Source of the DNA: a virus | Taxonomy: Duplodnaviria > Caudoviricetes | IMG/VR virus record: IMGVR_UViG_3300022876_000002 | Length of the DNA: 64,000 nt | Reading direction: 5' to 3' (one strand) | Part shown: piece after piece, positions 19,965 through 29,472 of the stretch | How the letters are laid out: every line of letters begins with the position of its first letter | How positions within the stretch are numbered: the first letter of the stretch is position 1 | Notes under the pieces: model-generated | Told to the model about the DNA's origin: nothing | The model's database searches: none | What the model saw: the letters and a program-made list of their open reading frames with translations, nothing else | Program-made: the position numbers and the translations under genes

Positions 19965-20060
19965 AAGAGACTCACTTATACAAAATAGGGTTTAGTAAAC
20001 TACCAAAGGAAGAGGAGTGCGTACACGTCCCCTCAGGCATTTGCCTGTTTGGTCATCCTA

Positions 20061-20068
20061 GTGATATA
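20061..20068 (-). promoter_or_regulatory. Early-promoter variant TATATCAC
   Basis: gtgatata on +, in the same flanking context (gtgatatagg) as the TATATTAC copies; upstream of 19964. Confidence 0.5.
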
Positions 20069-20088
20069 GGCTTGAAATATTCTTACTG

Positions 20089-20817
20089 TTAGATGTAGTA
20101 AGTCAGCAAGCGCAGCGGATCGAAGATGTGGATGTGGTCATCGTCGGCCGGGGTGTCGAAGTGTTGCTGTGCTTCTACCAGGCGTTGTTCGAAGAACGCC
20201 GGGGTGAAACCTTGTACATCCAGCAATGCATGGAAACAACCGATTTGTTGCGCGTAGCGCTCGATCAGTTCTTCCGCGGACTCACCCAGGTCGAAACGGC
20301 TACCCAGGTAAATCACCAACATTTCGGCGATTTTCTCGTTGTCGGTGGACACCGCCATGTCAACCAGGGCGTCGTCGAAACCGATCAGACGAGTAGCGAT
20401 CACCTTGAACAGTTCTTCATGGGTCTCGAAGGTATGAGCAGCAGTGATGTTGCTGATAGCCTTGTTGGTGAAGTTTTCACCGCTAATGGTGTTCTTGGTC
20501 CAGGCAGTAGTACGCACACCACGCGACTGCATGTAGGTTTTGATGATGTAAGCGATGTAGGTATAGACCGCATCGGTCTTGACCGTGCTTACCGCCACAC
20601 CCTTGATCAGGTGCTCACCGGTTTCAACGTTAGTGAAGCGCGCCCAGCGTTCCTTCGAGGTCTGCAACAGTGTGCGCAGAACCTGGATACCACCAACGAC
20701 ATCCCGCAATGCCAAGGCTACGGAAACTTGGTCCAACTTGGCATTCAGCAGGTTGTCTTTAGCGAATTGTTCGTCCATCTGTACTACTCCAATTTCGTTG
20801 AGTATTGTTGGGCCCAT
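20089..20817 (-). CDS. Hypothetical protein (242 aa) downstream of the head protease
   Basis: ORF with phage-typical codon bias. Confidence 0.7.
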   Translation of the reverse strand: MGPTILNEIGVVQMDEQFAKDNLLNAKLDQVSVALALRDVVGGIQVLRTLLQTSKERWARFTNVETGEHLIKGVAVSTVKTDAVYTYIAYIIKTYMQSRGVRTTAWTKNTISGENFTNKAISNITAAHTFETHEELFKVIATRLIGFDDALVDMAVSTDNEKIAEMLVIYLGSRFDLGESAEELIERYAQQIGCFHALLDVQGFTPAFFEQRLVEAQQHFDTPADDDHIHIFDPLRLLTYYI

Positions 20818-20860
20818 TCACCGGGTAATACATTGTAGGCCCAGCTAAAAAATAAATATA

Positions 20861-20890
20861 CCTAAGGTGGAGGCGAACCCCCACCTTAGG
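20861..20890 (-). terminator. Intrinsic terminator after the protease gene
   Basis: cctaaggtgg...ccaccttagg 10-bp stem followed on - by tatatttatttttt. Confidence 0.7.
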
Positions 20891-20896
20891 CTACAA

Positions 20897-21745
20897 TCAG
20901 AACACGTTCAGCGAGCTGGTTACACGCAGTTGTACTTTGTCGGTGTGACGATAAGTCTTTTTGATCTGTTCGATCATGTGGACCAGACCATCGTGCGACT
21001 CAGTACCAGCGAAACGCACCTGGAAGGCTTCCTTACGCATTTCACGGTCGCATACGTAGATAACCTCATCTACGGTAGCGGACATCTCAGCAGGCCCTTG
21101 GCGGAGCTGCTGTGCCATGTAATCTTCCAGACCAGCAGTACGGTGCTTACAGGCCATCAACATGCCTTGTTCCATAACCAGATCGTAGCCAGTGAAGTAA
21201 TCCACCTCACGGACACGGTCACCGAGCTTCTGAGGCTTGGTAACAGTACGAATGGAGAAAGCAGTGTTCATGTCAGGGTCGGCAAGCGATTCCTTCAGAA
21301 CATAGCTCAGAGGCCCCCACGGGCGTACTTCGATCTTGTTGTAGATAGGACCGGTTTCACCTTGGTCCATGATCCAGTGGATCTTGCGGATCGAACCACA
21401 CACGTTCGCTTCCACGATAGTGCGCAGGCGATGGATCCATTGGAACACGTCGGTGATTGGGGTCTGCACGATGCGACCGTCACGCCATTCCCAGTAGTAC
21501 TGAGGCGGGTGGCCGAGTTCACACCACAACTGCTTCTCCGAGATCCGACGGTTGAGATCGGACTCAGGACGCATGCACTCACGCAGGTATTCGTTGAAGC
21601 GGTATTTGATACCACTCCGGTTCTCGATGTTGAAGCCCCCGGCGTTTACCAAGTAGTAATCACCACCTGGCTCCATCGGTTGCAACATACCGCGTTTACC
21701 CGTACCTTCTAATACCGTGCTGCCAAAACTGATAATTTGACTCAT
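20897..21745 (-). CDS. Prohead maturation protease (phiKZ gp175-like)
   Basis: Catalytic His motif ELGHP (H79) and Ser motif AFSIR (S164); candidate self-cleavage site AGLE at 204-207. Confidence 0.88.
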   Translation of the reverse strand: MSQIISFGSTVLEGTGKRGMLQPMEPGGDYYLVNAGGFNIENRSGIKYRFNEYLRECMRPESDLNRRISEKQLWCELGHPPQYYWEWRDGRIVQTPITDVFQWIHRLRTIVEANVCGSIRKIHWIMDQGETGPIYNKIEVRPWGPLSYVLKESLADPDMNTAFSIRTVTKPQKLGDRVREVDYFTGYDLVMEQGMLMACKHRTAGLEDYMAQQLRQGPAEMSATVDEVIYVCDREMRKEAFQVRFAGTESHDGLVHMIEQIKKTYRHTDKVQLRVTSSLNVF

Positions 21746-22485
21746 GTCGGAATACCTCGCATAATCCGTTCGTAATCTGTAACCTTGGTATCCGGGTTGA
21801 CAATAGCCGCAACGGTGTTGTCTTGCAGATAACCACTGGATATCTTAGCGAAGGTACCGTCGATCAACATGCTGCCGTTGTTGAGCCCAACAATCAGTGG
21901 TGGACGACCCTCCGCAATAGCCTTACTGTAGCGATAAGGCTGGTCAGGGTTATCCGGGTCACGGAACATAATGGATGTGAGGACACGTGGGACCTGGAAA
22001 GTGCTGCCCACGTCTACACCGCATTCAGCTTTGGCGTTGTCAAACAAGCCTTCGACTTCACGGTGCGACATGTACCAGGTGATCTTAGCGTAGTAGTAGA
22101 ACTCGAGCATGTAGAAATACGGTTTGTTCGAATCCTGAATCACCTCCAAGGACTCAATAACCGTATCCCCTTTCTCAAACTCCAATACCAGATAAGGTAC
22201 ACCCTTGATGTTGACCTCACGAATGTTCAGCGGTAGTAGGGTAATGTCCATCAACGCTACCAGAGGAGCATAACACTCATCCGGAATCACCAAACCTAAT
22301 ACAGCAGCTGTAGTAACTTTGTCACTAACAGTAGCCATCCCGTTATCCACAAACCGCCTTGGGATATAAACTTCCAAGTAACGGTTTGCGATAACGGAAC
22401 CATCAGGTAATTCAGTGAGTGCTTTAGCTTGAAAGCTAGCGCTGGGTTCCCTACGGAGCCCTTCTATACTCATGCTACCAGACAC
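21742..22485 (-). CDS. phiKZ gp176-like head protein; probable virion RNAP beta-prime middle fragment
   Basis: Size and position between the protease and the gp177-like gene; function assigned from remembered SPN3US gp244/phiKZ gp176 work, not from a motif. Confidence 0.5.
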   Translation of the reverse strand: MSGSMSIEGLRREPSASFQAKALTELPDGSVIANRYLEVYIPRRFVDNGMATVSDKVTTAAVLGLVIPDECYAPLVALMDITLLPLNIREVNIKGVPYLVLEFEKGDTVIESLEVIQDSNKPYFYMLEFYYYAKITWYMSHREVEGLFDNAKAECGVDVGSTFQVPRVLTSIMFRDPDNPDQPYRYSKAIAEGRPPLIVGLNNGSMLIDGTFAKISSGYLQDNTVAAIVNPDTKVTDYERIMRGIPT

Positions 22486-24008
22486 TTACCAACGATAGTC
22501 TGTACGACCGCTACAGTCAGACGCTCGCGTTGTTGTTCCGGAGTGGCATCGGCTGCACACTCTTGGTAAGTACGGCTGAGGATCTCAGCGGCCAGGTCAC
22601 ACTTGAGCAGAGCCAGGAACTTTGGCACGATCTGCGACGCCATGACATGAGTAGTCAGGGAACCGCCGGTGTCGTCCAGCACACCACCGCTAAAGTTGTA
22701 ACCGCTACCCAGCACACCGCGGAAGCACAGCTCCAGCTCTTTCTGGAAGTGGTTACGCACCCAGGTACCCAGCAACTCTTGGGACTGACCACGTACTTCA
22801 GCCAGACGTTCGCTCAGGTTCTCGTTGGTTACGATGAACTCACTGATAGCCGCCAGACCGGTAGTGATGAACCGATCTTTGGCGTGAACAGTCAGTTTCT
22901 CGTGAACGTGGTTGTAGTACACCTGCGAAGCCGACATGTACTTGGCTGGATTAGCCAGAATGTCTAAGACAGGCTTTGGATTGCCCAGCAGACGTTCCCA
23001 GTACCAACCCAACAGGCATTCGGTCAGCGAACCACCGGACTCACCCTGGGAGATTTGTTCCAGGGCCTTATCGGTGTAGAACACCATGGCATCTGCTTCA
23101 ACGAAGCGAGCACCAGCTTGTTCAGCGCCCTTACCATCAGCCAGACGGACTGGACCGTTGTCGGACACCGACAGACCATTGGCGCGGTAGCCTTGCACTA
23201 CCTTACGCAGGTTGACCATATGACAGGTCAGCGCGTTCCACAGAGTAACCACGTACGCGCGGTAGTCTTCGATGGAACCAGCTTTCAGCCAAGGCACCAG
23301 GTCATCCGAAGTGTACATCTTGGTGAGTACGACGTACATTTTCAGGATGCGCTCGGAATCCAGCTGCTTAACACGGCTGAAGTCGAAGTTACCGTTGGCC
23401 GATTTAACGAACAGGTCGTTGAGGGTGGCGATGTCACCCAGGGCACCAGCAGCCCAAGCAGGCGAAGTGTCACGCTCGCGCATGACTTCTACTACGTCAG
23501 CGTGGTTCGAGTTGACGAACGCCAGTACTTGGTCGTTGGTAGGCCATTCGAAGTCCAGACGTTTCAGCATGTCCAGACCAACGTTGGTGTAGGTGAACGA
23601 CTCGTCAGCTACCTTGGTTGGGTAGTTAGGCGAATCGAAGAACGGATCGTCCAACCAAACGAAGGTGTGCTTGAAATACTGCTGAGCAATGCTGCGCAGA
23701 GATTCCTTGCTGTAGCAGATATCTGCTTTCTGGCCGATAGCCAGCGCTAGTGGTTTGCCATAGGCACTGATGTTGTCCAGTGCGCCACGGATGATCTCAC
23801 CCAGGCGATTACCAGCAGCTTCCATGATGGTGGTGTGCTCCGATTCCGAAGAACCAGTTACATCCACGATCTCCTTACGGAATTGCTCACCGTAAGGTTC
23901 CAGGCCGTGGCTCACACCATTCAGACCTTCAAGGATCTGTGTAGGGCGGAAAGTAGGGTTACCTACGGCGATCAGCTCGGCCAGACCGATACTCGATTGA
24001 CGGATCAT
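22470..24008 (-). CDS. Head protein (phiKZ gp177-like)
   Basis: 512 aa, synteny, strong codon bias, candidate GLE cleavage motif near the N-terminus. Confidence 0.55.
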   Translation of the reverse strand: MIRQSSIGLAELIAVGNPTFRPTQILEGLNGVSHGLEPYGEQFRKEIVDVTGSSESEHTTIMEAAGNRLGEIIRGALDNISAYGKPLALAIGQKADICYSKESLRSIAQQYFKHTFVWLDDPFFDSPNYPTKVADESFTYTNVGLDMLKRLDFEWPTNDQVLAFVNSNHADVVEVMRERDTSPAWAAGALGDIATLNDLFVKSANGNFDFSRVKQLDSERILKMYVVLTKMYTSDDLVPWLKAGSIEDYRAYVVTLWNALTCHMVNLRKVVQGYRANGLSVSDNGPVRLADGKGAEQAGARFVEADAMVFYTDKALEQISQGESGGSLTECLLGWYWERLLGNPKPVLDILANPAKYMSASQVYYNHVHEKLTVHAKDRFITTGLAAISEFIVTNENLSERLAEVRGQSQELLGTWVRNHFQKELELCFRGVLGSGYNFSGGVLDDTGGSLTTHVMASQIVPKFLALLKCDLAAEILSRTYQECAADATPEQQRERLTVAVVQTIVGKCLVA

Positions 24009-24179
24009 TTAGTTGCCCTCCTTACCTGCAGCAACAATAGCCTTGCTGATCTGCTCGTCCAGAATGGACTCTTCCAGCGGGGCCAGGTAGACCAGGCCGA
24101 TAGCCGCCAGAGTGTGTTTTACCAGCTCGATGGTGTTAGCACCGGTGATAATGTCATCAACCATTTTTTCTTTAGACAC
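24009..24179 (-). CDS. Small protein missed by the ORF track (56 aa, MSKEKMVDDIITGANTIELVKHTLAAIGLVYLAPLEESILDEQISKAIVAAGKEGN)
   Basis: GTG behind GGGAG, fills the gap exactly, TAA abuts the next ATG, strong codon bias. Confidence 0.7.
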   Translation of the reverse strand: MSKEKMVDDIITGANTIELVKHTLAAIGLVYLAPLEESILDEQISKAIVAAGKEGN

Positions 24180-24195
24180 TTTACGACTCCCGGTA

Positions 24196-25104
24196 TCAGT
24201 AAAGCTGGTTAGACGTAACGCGGTTTGCAGGGAGCATCCCGTCGTAGTACGTAGTGTACAGACGAGTGTTGATCTCGCCTACAGTGATCATGCCATCGTT
24301 GTTGAAATCGAAGCCTCTGTTCTGCACATAGGACTTGATCTCAAGCGGAGTAGAACCGTCCTTACGGAACAGGACTTCATCCGGCTTCTTACCAACGGCA
24401 GCTGGATAGAAGATGGTCAGGTAGAAATCCTCGAGACGAGTGTACTTCTTACCACGACGCATCCACATTTCGAAATACTTGAACACCCATTCCAGCTGTT
24501 CGAGTTGCGACAGCTTGATCAGGTCTTCTACCGTAGTACCCAGGTCTTTTGCGGCATCTTTACCGAACTGGATCAGACCGAAGTAGTAGGCGCCAGCCTT
24601 GTTACGAATGGTAGGACTGAACGTACCCGCCGACTCGAAGTGCATACAAGCCATAAGGGCCGATGGGGCTTCTGGCCACAGGTTGTGCTTACGACACCAG
24701 GCAGTAACCTTCTTGAGGAACTCTGCACCCACCAGCTTGGACCAACCCAAGTCGTAGTAAGCTACCTTGTTGTAGGCTTTGTAGTTGTTCACTACTTTCA
24801 AGAACCCACCCCAAGTACCAGAGCCCATCAGACCATCTGGCGCACCATCGTAAACCTTCAACAGGTTCAGGTTGGTCTGGATGATCTTGAGCGCTGCCTC
24901 TTCAGTCATTACTGGTGTAGGCAGTGGCAACGTAGTGTTGAACGTCCGGCTACCGTTCATGCGGTAATCGTAGTCCTTTAACAAGGTGGATACTGCTGCA
25001 GCCGATCCCTTGCCCCATTTACCGTCGATATCACCAAGATAAAGGCCGCACTCTTTCGAGGCGACCTGGATATCCCGGATTGCATTAAGCAACCGATAGT
25101 TCAT
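24196..25104 (-). CDS. Modular endolysin, EL188-like (N-terminal peptidoglycan-binding repeats, C-terminal lysozyme-like/transglycosylase domain)
   Basis: GLYLGDIDGKWG and DGAPDGLMG PG-binding motifs; LMACMHFES catalytic Glu; YFGLIQF; EF-hand-like DFNNDGMITVGEI. Confidence 0.88.
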   Translation of the reverse strand: MNYRLLNAIRDIQVASKECGLYLGDIDGKWGKGSAAAVSTLLKDYDYRMNGSRTFNTTLPLPTPVMTEEAALKIIQTNLNLLKVYDGAPDGLMGSGTWGGFLKVVNNYKAYNKVAYYDLGWSKLVGAEFLKKVTAWCRKHNLWPEAPSALMACMHFESAGTFSPTIRNKAGAYYFGLIQFGKDAAKDLGTTVEDLIKLSQLEQLEWVFKYFEMWMRRGKKYTRLEDFYLTIFYPAAVGKKPDEVLFRKDGSTPLEIKSYVQNRGFDFNNDGMITVGEINTRLYTTYYDGMLPANRVTSNQLY

Positions 25105-28100
25105 CTATTTACCCCTGTAGACTTTAATGGCCAATTTACTGAACCCACACATCAGTTCGTTACTGGCGGCTTCGTCACGCAGACTACACACCATCCGGTT
25201 AAGCATACCCTTGAAACTAGTCTTAACGTCAACCTTACGACCATCAGCAGTGTAGATGGGTTTAGGCATGACGTAACCAGTAGTGGCCTTCATCTGGTTA
25301 CCGAGTACGAATTTGTCCGCAGTAGTACTGACGTCCAACGACTCGATCATTACAGTGACCAGAACCATTCCTGGCGGGATTACTGGTTTAGCAACGTTCA
25401 GGTTACTGTTGACACCGCCAGTTACTGGCTGCTTGCCTTCAGTCTCCATGAAGCGCTTACGTTTACGGTCACCCTCTTTAACCAGCTTCTTAACAGTCTC
25501 GGACATCTCTTCTTGAGGAGAGTTGTACTTAACGTCGATATGAATAATTTTGCCGTGGTACTTACTGCGGATCTGACGAATACCCAAACGGTTAAGCTCG
25601 CTTAAGTTGTCATCACCCGCCCCGTCACTGAGGACGTGGCTGTCTTCGATTTCGCATAAAATCGTGTCATAATCGACCTCATCACCCACCTTAGCACGCA
25701 TCACAAGCGACTGGTTAGCCATCATTGTGAACCGAGCAGGGTTAAGGTAAGGAGTAACCGACTCTTCTACGAGATCACGCGACACAGCGATGGAGTCTTC
25801 GAAGGTGTCCTGGTCTTCGAGCATCGCAATACGAACCATCTGGGCAGTTTTCAGTACCGCTTGCCCAGGGTTGAATGGATCGCGAGCAAACCATTCCTCG
25901 TCCCAACCGATTACGTCACCCTTACGGAATGTGTCACCTACCTTGAGGTCGGTAGCACGAGTGTGACGGTGGTATTCACCACTAGCCTCACCAATCACCA
26001 GACCCAGTGGGTAAGTGTCCGTGGTACCGTCCTTGTAGGTAACCAACAGTCGGTCTTCCTCGACCGCGGTAACCTTACCCTCCTGTTGGGCTACCTTACT
26101 GTACAGTTCCGAAGTACGGTGGGGAACAATCGAGTCGTAACCAGTCCGAGTAATACCCCAAGTGTAGTTCCGCGCACTAACAGCCTGAGACCACTGTGTA
26201 GATACGAAGATCTGACGCTTGGCATCGTCCTTGGTGATAGATGGCGACAAGTTACCAGTAACCGACAGCAAACCAGTGTAGCTAGCAGAACTGTGCAGAT
26301 CCATGTTGCCACGGTAGTCCGCAATCAGAGGGTCACTAGTAGTGTAGGTAGTGAAACCTACTTTACCACTATCCTTGTTCGCCTCAGAGATCCTGCCTTT
26401 ATAACTAGGCAACTGCACACGAGCACTTTGGGTAACCGTGATCTCACTACGACCACCAGTACCACCGAACGTCAACTCTTCCTGGTCTTTCAACTGGTGG
26501 ACCGGACCTACTTCTTCCACCAAGTTAACCGACGTGTCCGTGAGGATACGCATAGTTACTGCGTCAGGGTTGATTTCCAGTTTGTGCTTACGGTCAGTAC
26601 CTTTGTTGTTGTACTTACGAATGGCGTCACACAGCTCGCTGTAAATGTGACCAGCGAAACGCTCGTAGCCAACGAACCGTTGTTCTTCGACTTCAACCGG
26701 GTTACGGGTCTGATCGGTCTCCAACAGGCTAACCGCATCCAGCAGCAAGTAGTGGAAGGAATCCGCGTACTTCATCTTGCGGAGTTCAGCCTTGGTTACT
26801 GGGTCAATGAACAGGTCGTACAGACACTTCATTTCACGGAAATGACGAGTCTTAACTTTAGCATCGGCAATCAACGGACCCCAGATCCCTGGGTTGTTCA
26901 GATCGCTCTTACTGAAGTTACTGATATTGCCCAAACCAGACAGACCACCAAACACCATCGACACGTGTTTGTCACGACGGTTGAACACCAGGTACTCGTC
27001 GTTGAAGGCGATAGCGAACTCGTCTTCAGCCAACTTAACACGGGTACCGCTAGGCACCGACCGGGTAACAGCTTTGGTAACACGCAGCAGCTCGTCAATA
27101 CCGAAGTAGTAGCAGAGCAGCACGCCGATAGGGAACAAATACCCACCAACACTGATAGAGCAATACTCGATAGGTGCTTTAGCCACCGAGATCCCCATCA
27201 GGCCCTCAATGGTACCTTGTTCTACACCATCCAGGTAAACGTTGCCGAAGCTATCCAGCGTCAGTGGTTTACCATTTTGCACACCCACCAAGAACGAGTC
27301 CTTCTTATCGTACTTGGCAAAATCTGGATGCTCTTTTACCAAGTTGTGGAACCGGAAGTCAAAAGTAAACTTCTCAGTTTTGATCCACTGGAACTTAGTG
27401 GCCAACGCACTGTAGATACGCGGTGCATGCAACGACTGGTCAAACTTACTACCACGGTTGAAGGTAAGGGTTTTCTCCCCACCTTTACGGATCACCTGTT
27501 TAGACAACCATACTGACAGGTTCTTGGCCATCTCCTGGCTGCGGGTTACCATCAAGCGGTTAGGGTAGTAACTACTCAGTGCTACGGTGTCTCGATCGAT
27601 CTTGCGGATCGGGAGTTCACGACGTTGCAGCTGCATGTGGTTCTTAACCCCGTCTACCACAAACGTACCGTCAGGCTGAACCTTAGGGAAACGAATTGCG
27701 TGGGTAGACTGATCACCGTTAACGTGGTGCACCTGAATCGACATTACGTCGTAACTACCTTCAACGCTGTTGATCTCTTCCAGCTTGAAGTTGTTCAGGG
27801 CAAAGCCAGCGTTCTGGATACCCAAGGTCATACCGACTACGTCTTTATAAAGGAAACGTTTTACGTAACCCTTTTTCAACACATTGGCCTTGGACTCCAA
27901 CATCGACTCATCCAAAATCGAAATGAAGTTAGCTTCGATCTTAGCGTCGTTCTTTAACTCTTTCAGTTCCTCTGGGGAGATCTTGATGAAATCCTCCAGG
28001 GTCTGACCGTTCTCCATGCGAATGGTTTTGTACTGCTCACCTTTCTTCATGAAGAACTTTTGTTCGGCAACACTAAGGTTACCGTTACGTGCCCGTTCTT

Positions 28101-29472
28101 CCAGCGCCAGTGCGATACCAGCAGTAGGTGTGTCGAACGGGTCACGCTTGACGTTGATTACCTGCTCGACTTGTTCTTGCTCGAGCAGGGTATCGTCTAC
28201 TGCGGAGTTCCAGTCTTGATCATCCTGAACAGGATTTCCGCTTCCCGCGCCTCCGGCGTCGTTATTACCAGATGCCACATCTCGGTCAGCGTCTTTGAGG
28301 ACATCCAAGAGACCACCGCTAGGACCAGGATTACCCACAGCGCCATTGTCCTTACCAACTTTTTCTTGGACACTGTGTGCTGGTGTTCGTCCTTGCTCCT
28401 CTTCAGATCCAACCGTTCCTGCATCCAGATTGGAATTATTTTCTTCTTCCTCTCCATTTGGATTATCCTTCTCTTGTTCGCTGATCCCTCCGCGCGAGAG
28501 GTTAAGCAAGGCTAGGTAAAAGCGCTTCGCAGCGTTTAGTCGTTTTGGGCTACCAGTTCTGTGACTGGTTTGCTTTGATTTGTCTACCTTGGCCAGGTAG
28601 TTTTTATCGTTCTCCTGATCCAGCCAACCTTTAATGGTAGCCAGATTGATAATCAAGCAACGACTATCGAAAACAAAGATGATGTGCAGGTTTTGCAGCG
28701 CCTGCTCTTGCAACTTGTTGAACAGAGAATACTGGTAGTCACCGAATACAAATGCCATGAAGTCGATCAACCAATAGCTAGACTCAGCCTTGGTTAAACG
28801 TACAGACTGGTTATTCGGTACTGGTTTGTTATTAACCAGGTCGTACTGGTGGATAAAGTGATCGTAGTCAATCAACAACTCGTTGAAACCAGGGAAGTTG
28901 ATTGGCAGATCAATACGGATAAACTGTTGACGCTGGTGTACACCAGGGCGGTCCACTTCCTCGTTAATGCCTTTAATAAGCGCATTAAAGTGGTTGTAGT
29001 ACCGTTCGTAGTTTACGAAGATCCCTGGGCGTTGGATAAACATCCGATCCAACAGACCATAACTCTTTACGATCAGGTTTTGTTCCCGATTGTAAACAGA
29101 CTTGATCTCTTTGGTCCAGTTGTAGTTGTAGTGGGTAGCGCGATACGCCTGGATAGCTTTACGCACTTCCAGTGGCACGTTACGCCCACCACCCAGTACA
29201 GGCTCGTAGTGACTGACAAAATCAAGGAACACGTTACCGACGAAGTTACTTACAAAAGCTTCGCTACGGCTAGGACCGATCTCCAGTACTTCCTTAGGGA
29301 AATAATGGTACAGCGACATACGCGGTAAGGTGATCTCACTGATCGGCAGGAAAGCAGGGTTAACCAGTTCTTGCCGTTTACGCATTACGAACCAACGATG
29401 GAACTGCGGATACATCGCAGCCATCGCTTCGGTTCCAGCAACCGCCGCTAACGGGTCGTTAACTTGCGTCAT
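25105..29472 (-). CDS. Virion RNA polymerase beta subunit, N-terminal part (phiKZ gp178-like)
   Basis: 1455 aa; beta-like motifs NKDSGKVG, FEDSI, ADKFVLGNQMK, KGMLNRM. Confidence 0.85.
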   Translation of the reverse strand: MTQVNDPLAAVAGTEAMAAMYPQFHRWFVMRKRQELVNPAFLPISEITLPRMSLYHYFPKEVLEIGPSRSEAFVSNFVGNVFLDFVSHYEPVLGGGRNVPLEVRKAIQAYRATHYNYNWTKEIKSVYNREQNLIVKSYGLLDRMFIQRPGIFVNYERYYNHFNALIKGINEEVDRPGVHQRQQFIRIDLPINFPGFNELLIDYDHFIHQYDLVNNKPVPNNQSVRLTKAESSYWLIDFMAFVFGDYQYSLFNKLQEQALQNLHIIFVFDSRCLIINLATIKGWLDQENDKNYLAKVDKSKQTSHRTGSPKRLNAAKRFYLALLNLSRGGISEQEKDNPNGEEEENNSNLDAGTVGSEEEQGRTPAHSVQEKVGKDNGAVGNPGPSGGLLDVLKDADRDVASGNNDAGGAGSGNPVQDDQDWNSAVDDTLLEQEQVEQVINVKRDPFDTPTAGIALALEERARNGNLSVAEQKFFMKKGEQYKTIRMENGQTLEDFIKISPEELKELKNDAKIEANFISILDESMLESKANVLKKGYVKRFLYKDVVGMTLGIQNAGFALNNFKLEEINSVEGSYDVMSIQVHHVNGDQSTHAIRFPKVQPDGTFVVDGVKNHMQLQRRELPIRKIDRDTVALSSYYPNRLMVTRSQEMAKNLSVWLSKQVIRKGGEKTLTFNRGSKFDQSLHAPRIYSALATKFQWIKTEKFTFDFRFHNLVKEHPDFAKYDKKDSFLVGVQNGKPLTLDSFGNVYLDGVEQGTIEGLMGISVAKAPIEYCSISVGGYLFPIGVLLCYYFGIDELLRVTKAVTRSVPSGTRVKLAEDEFAIAFNDEYLVFNRRDKHVSMVFGGLSGLGNISNFSKSDLNNPGIWGPLIADAKVKTRHFREMKCLYDLFIDPVTKAELRKMKYADSFHYLLLDAVSLLETDQTRNPVEVEEQRFVGYERFAGHIYSELCDAIRKYNNKGTDRKHKLEINPDAVTMRILTDTSVNLVEEVGPVHQLKDQEELTFGGTGGRSEITVTQSARVQLPSYKGRISEANKDSGKVGFTTYTTSDPLIADYRGNMDLHSSASYTGLLSVTGNLSPSITKDDAKRQIFVSTQWSQAVSARNYTWGITRTGYDSIVPHRTSELYSKVAQQEGKVTAVEEDRLLVTYKDGTTDTYPLGLVIGEASGEYHRHTRATDLKVGDTFRKGDVIGWDEEWFARDPFNPGQAVLKTAQMVRIAMLEDQDTFEDSIAVSRDLVEESVTPYLNPARFTMMANQSLVMRAKVGDEVDYDTILCEIEDSHVLSDGAGDDNLSELNRLGIRQIRSKYHGKIIHIDVKYNSPQEEMSETVKKLVKEGDRKRKRFMETEGKQPVTGGVNSNLNVAKPVIPPGMVLVTVMIESLDVSTTADKFVLGNQMKATTGYVMPKPIYTADGRKVDVKTSFKGMLNRMVCSLRDEAASNELMCGFSKLAIKVYRGK

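Noticed and set aside
25861-27516. Long antisense ORFs over RNAP and other core genes (also 46887..48371, 54792..56072, 53313..54545, 31749..32912, 5830..6771)
   Set aside because: Same codon-bias shadow effect; no RBS or motif support.
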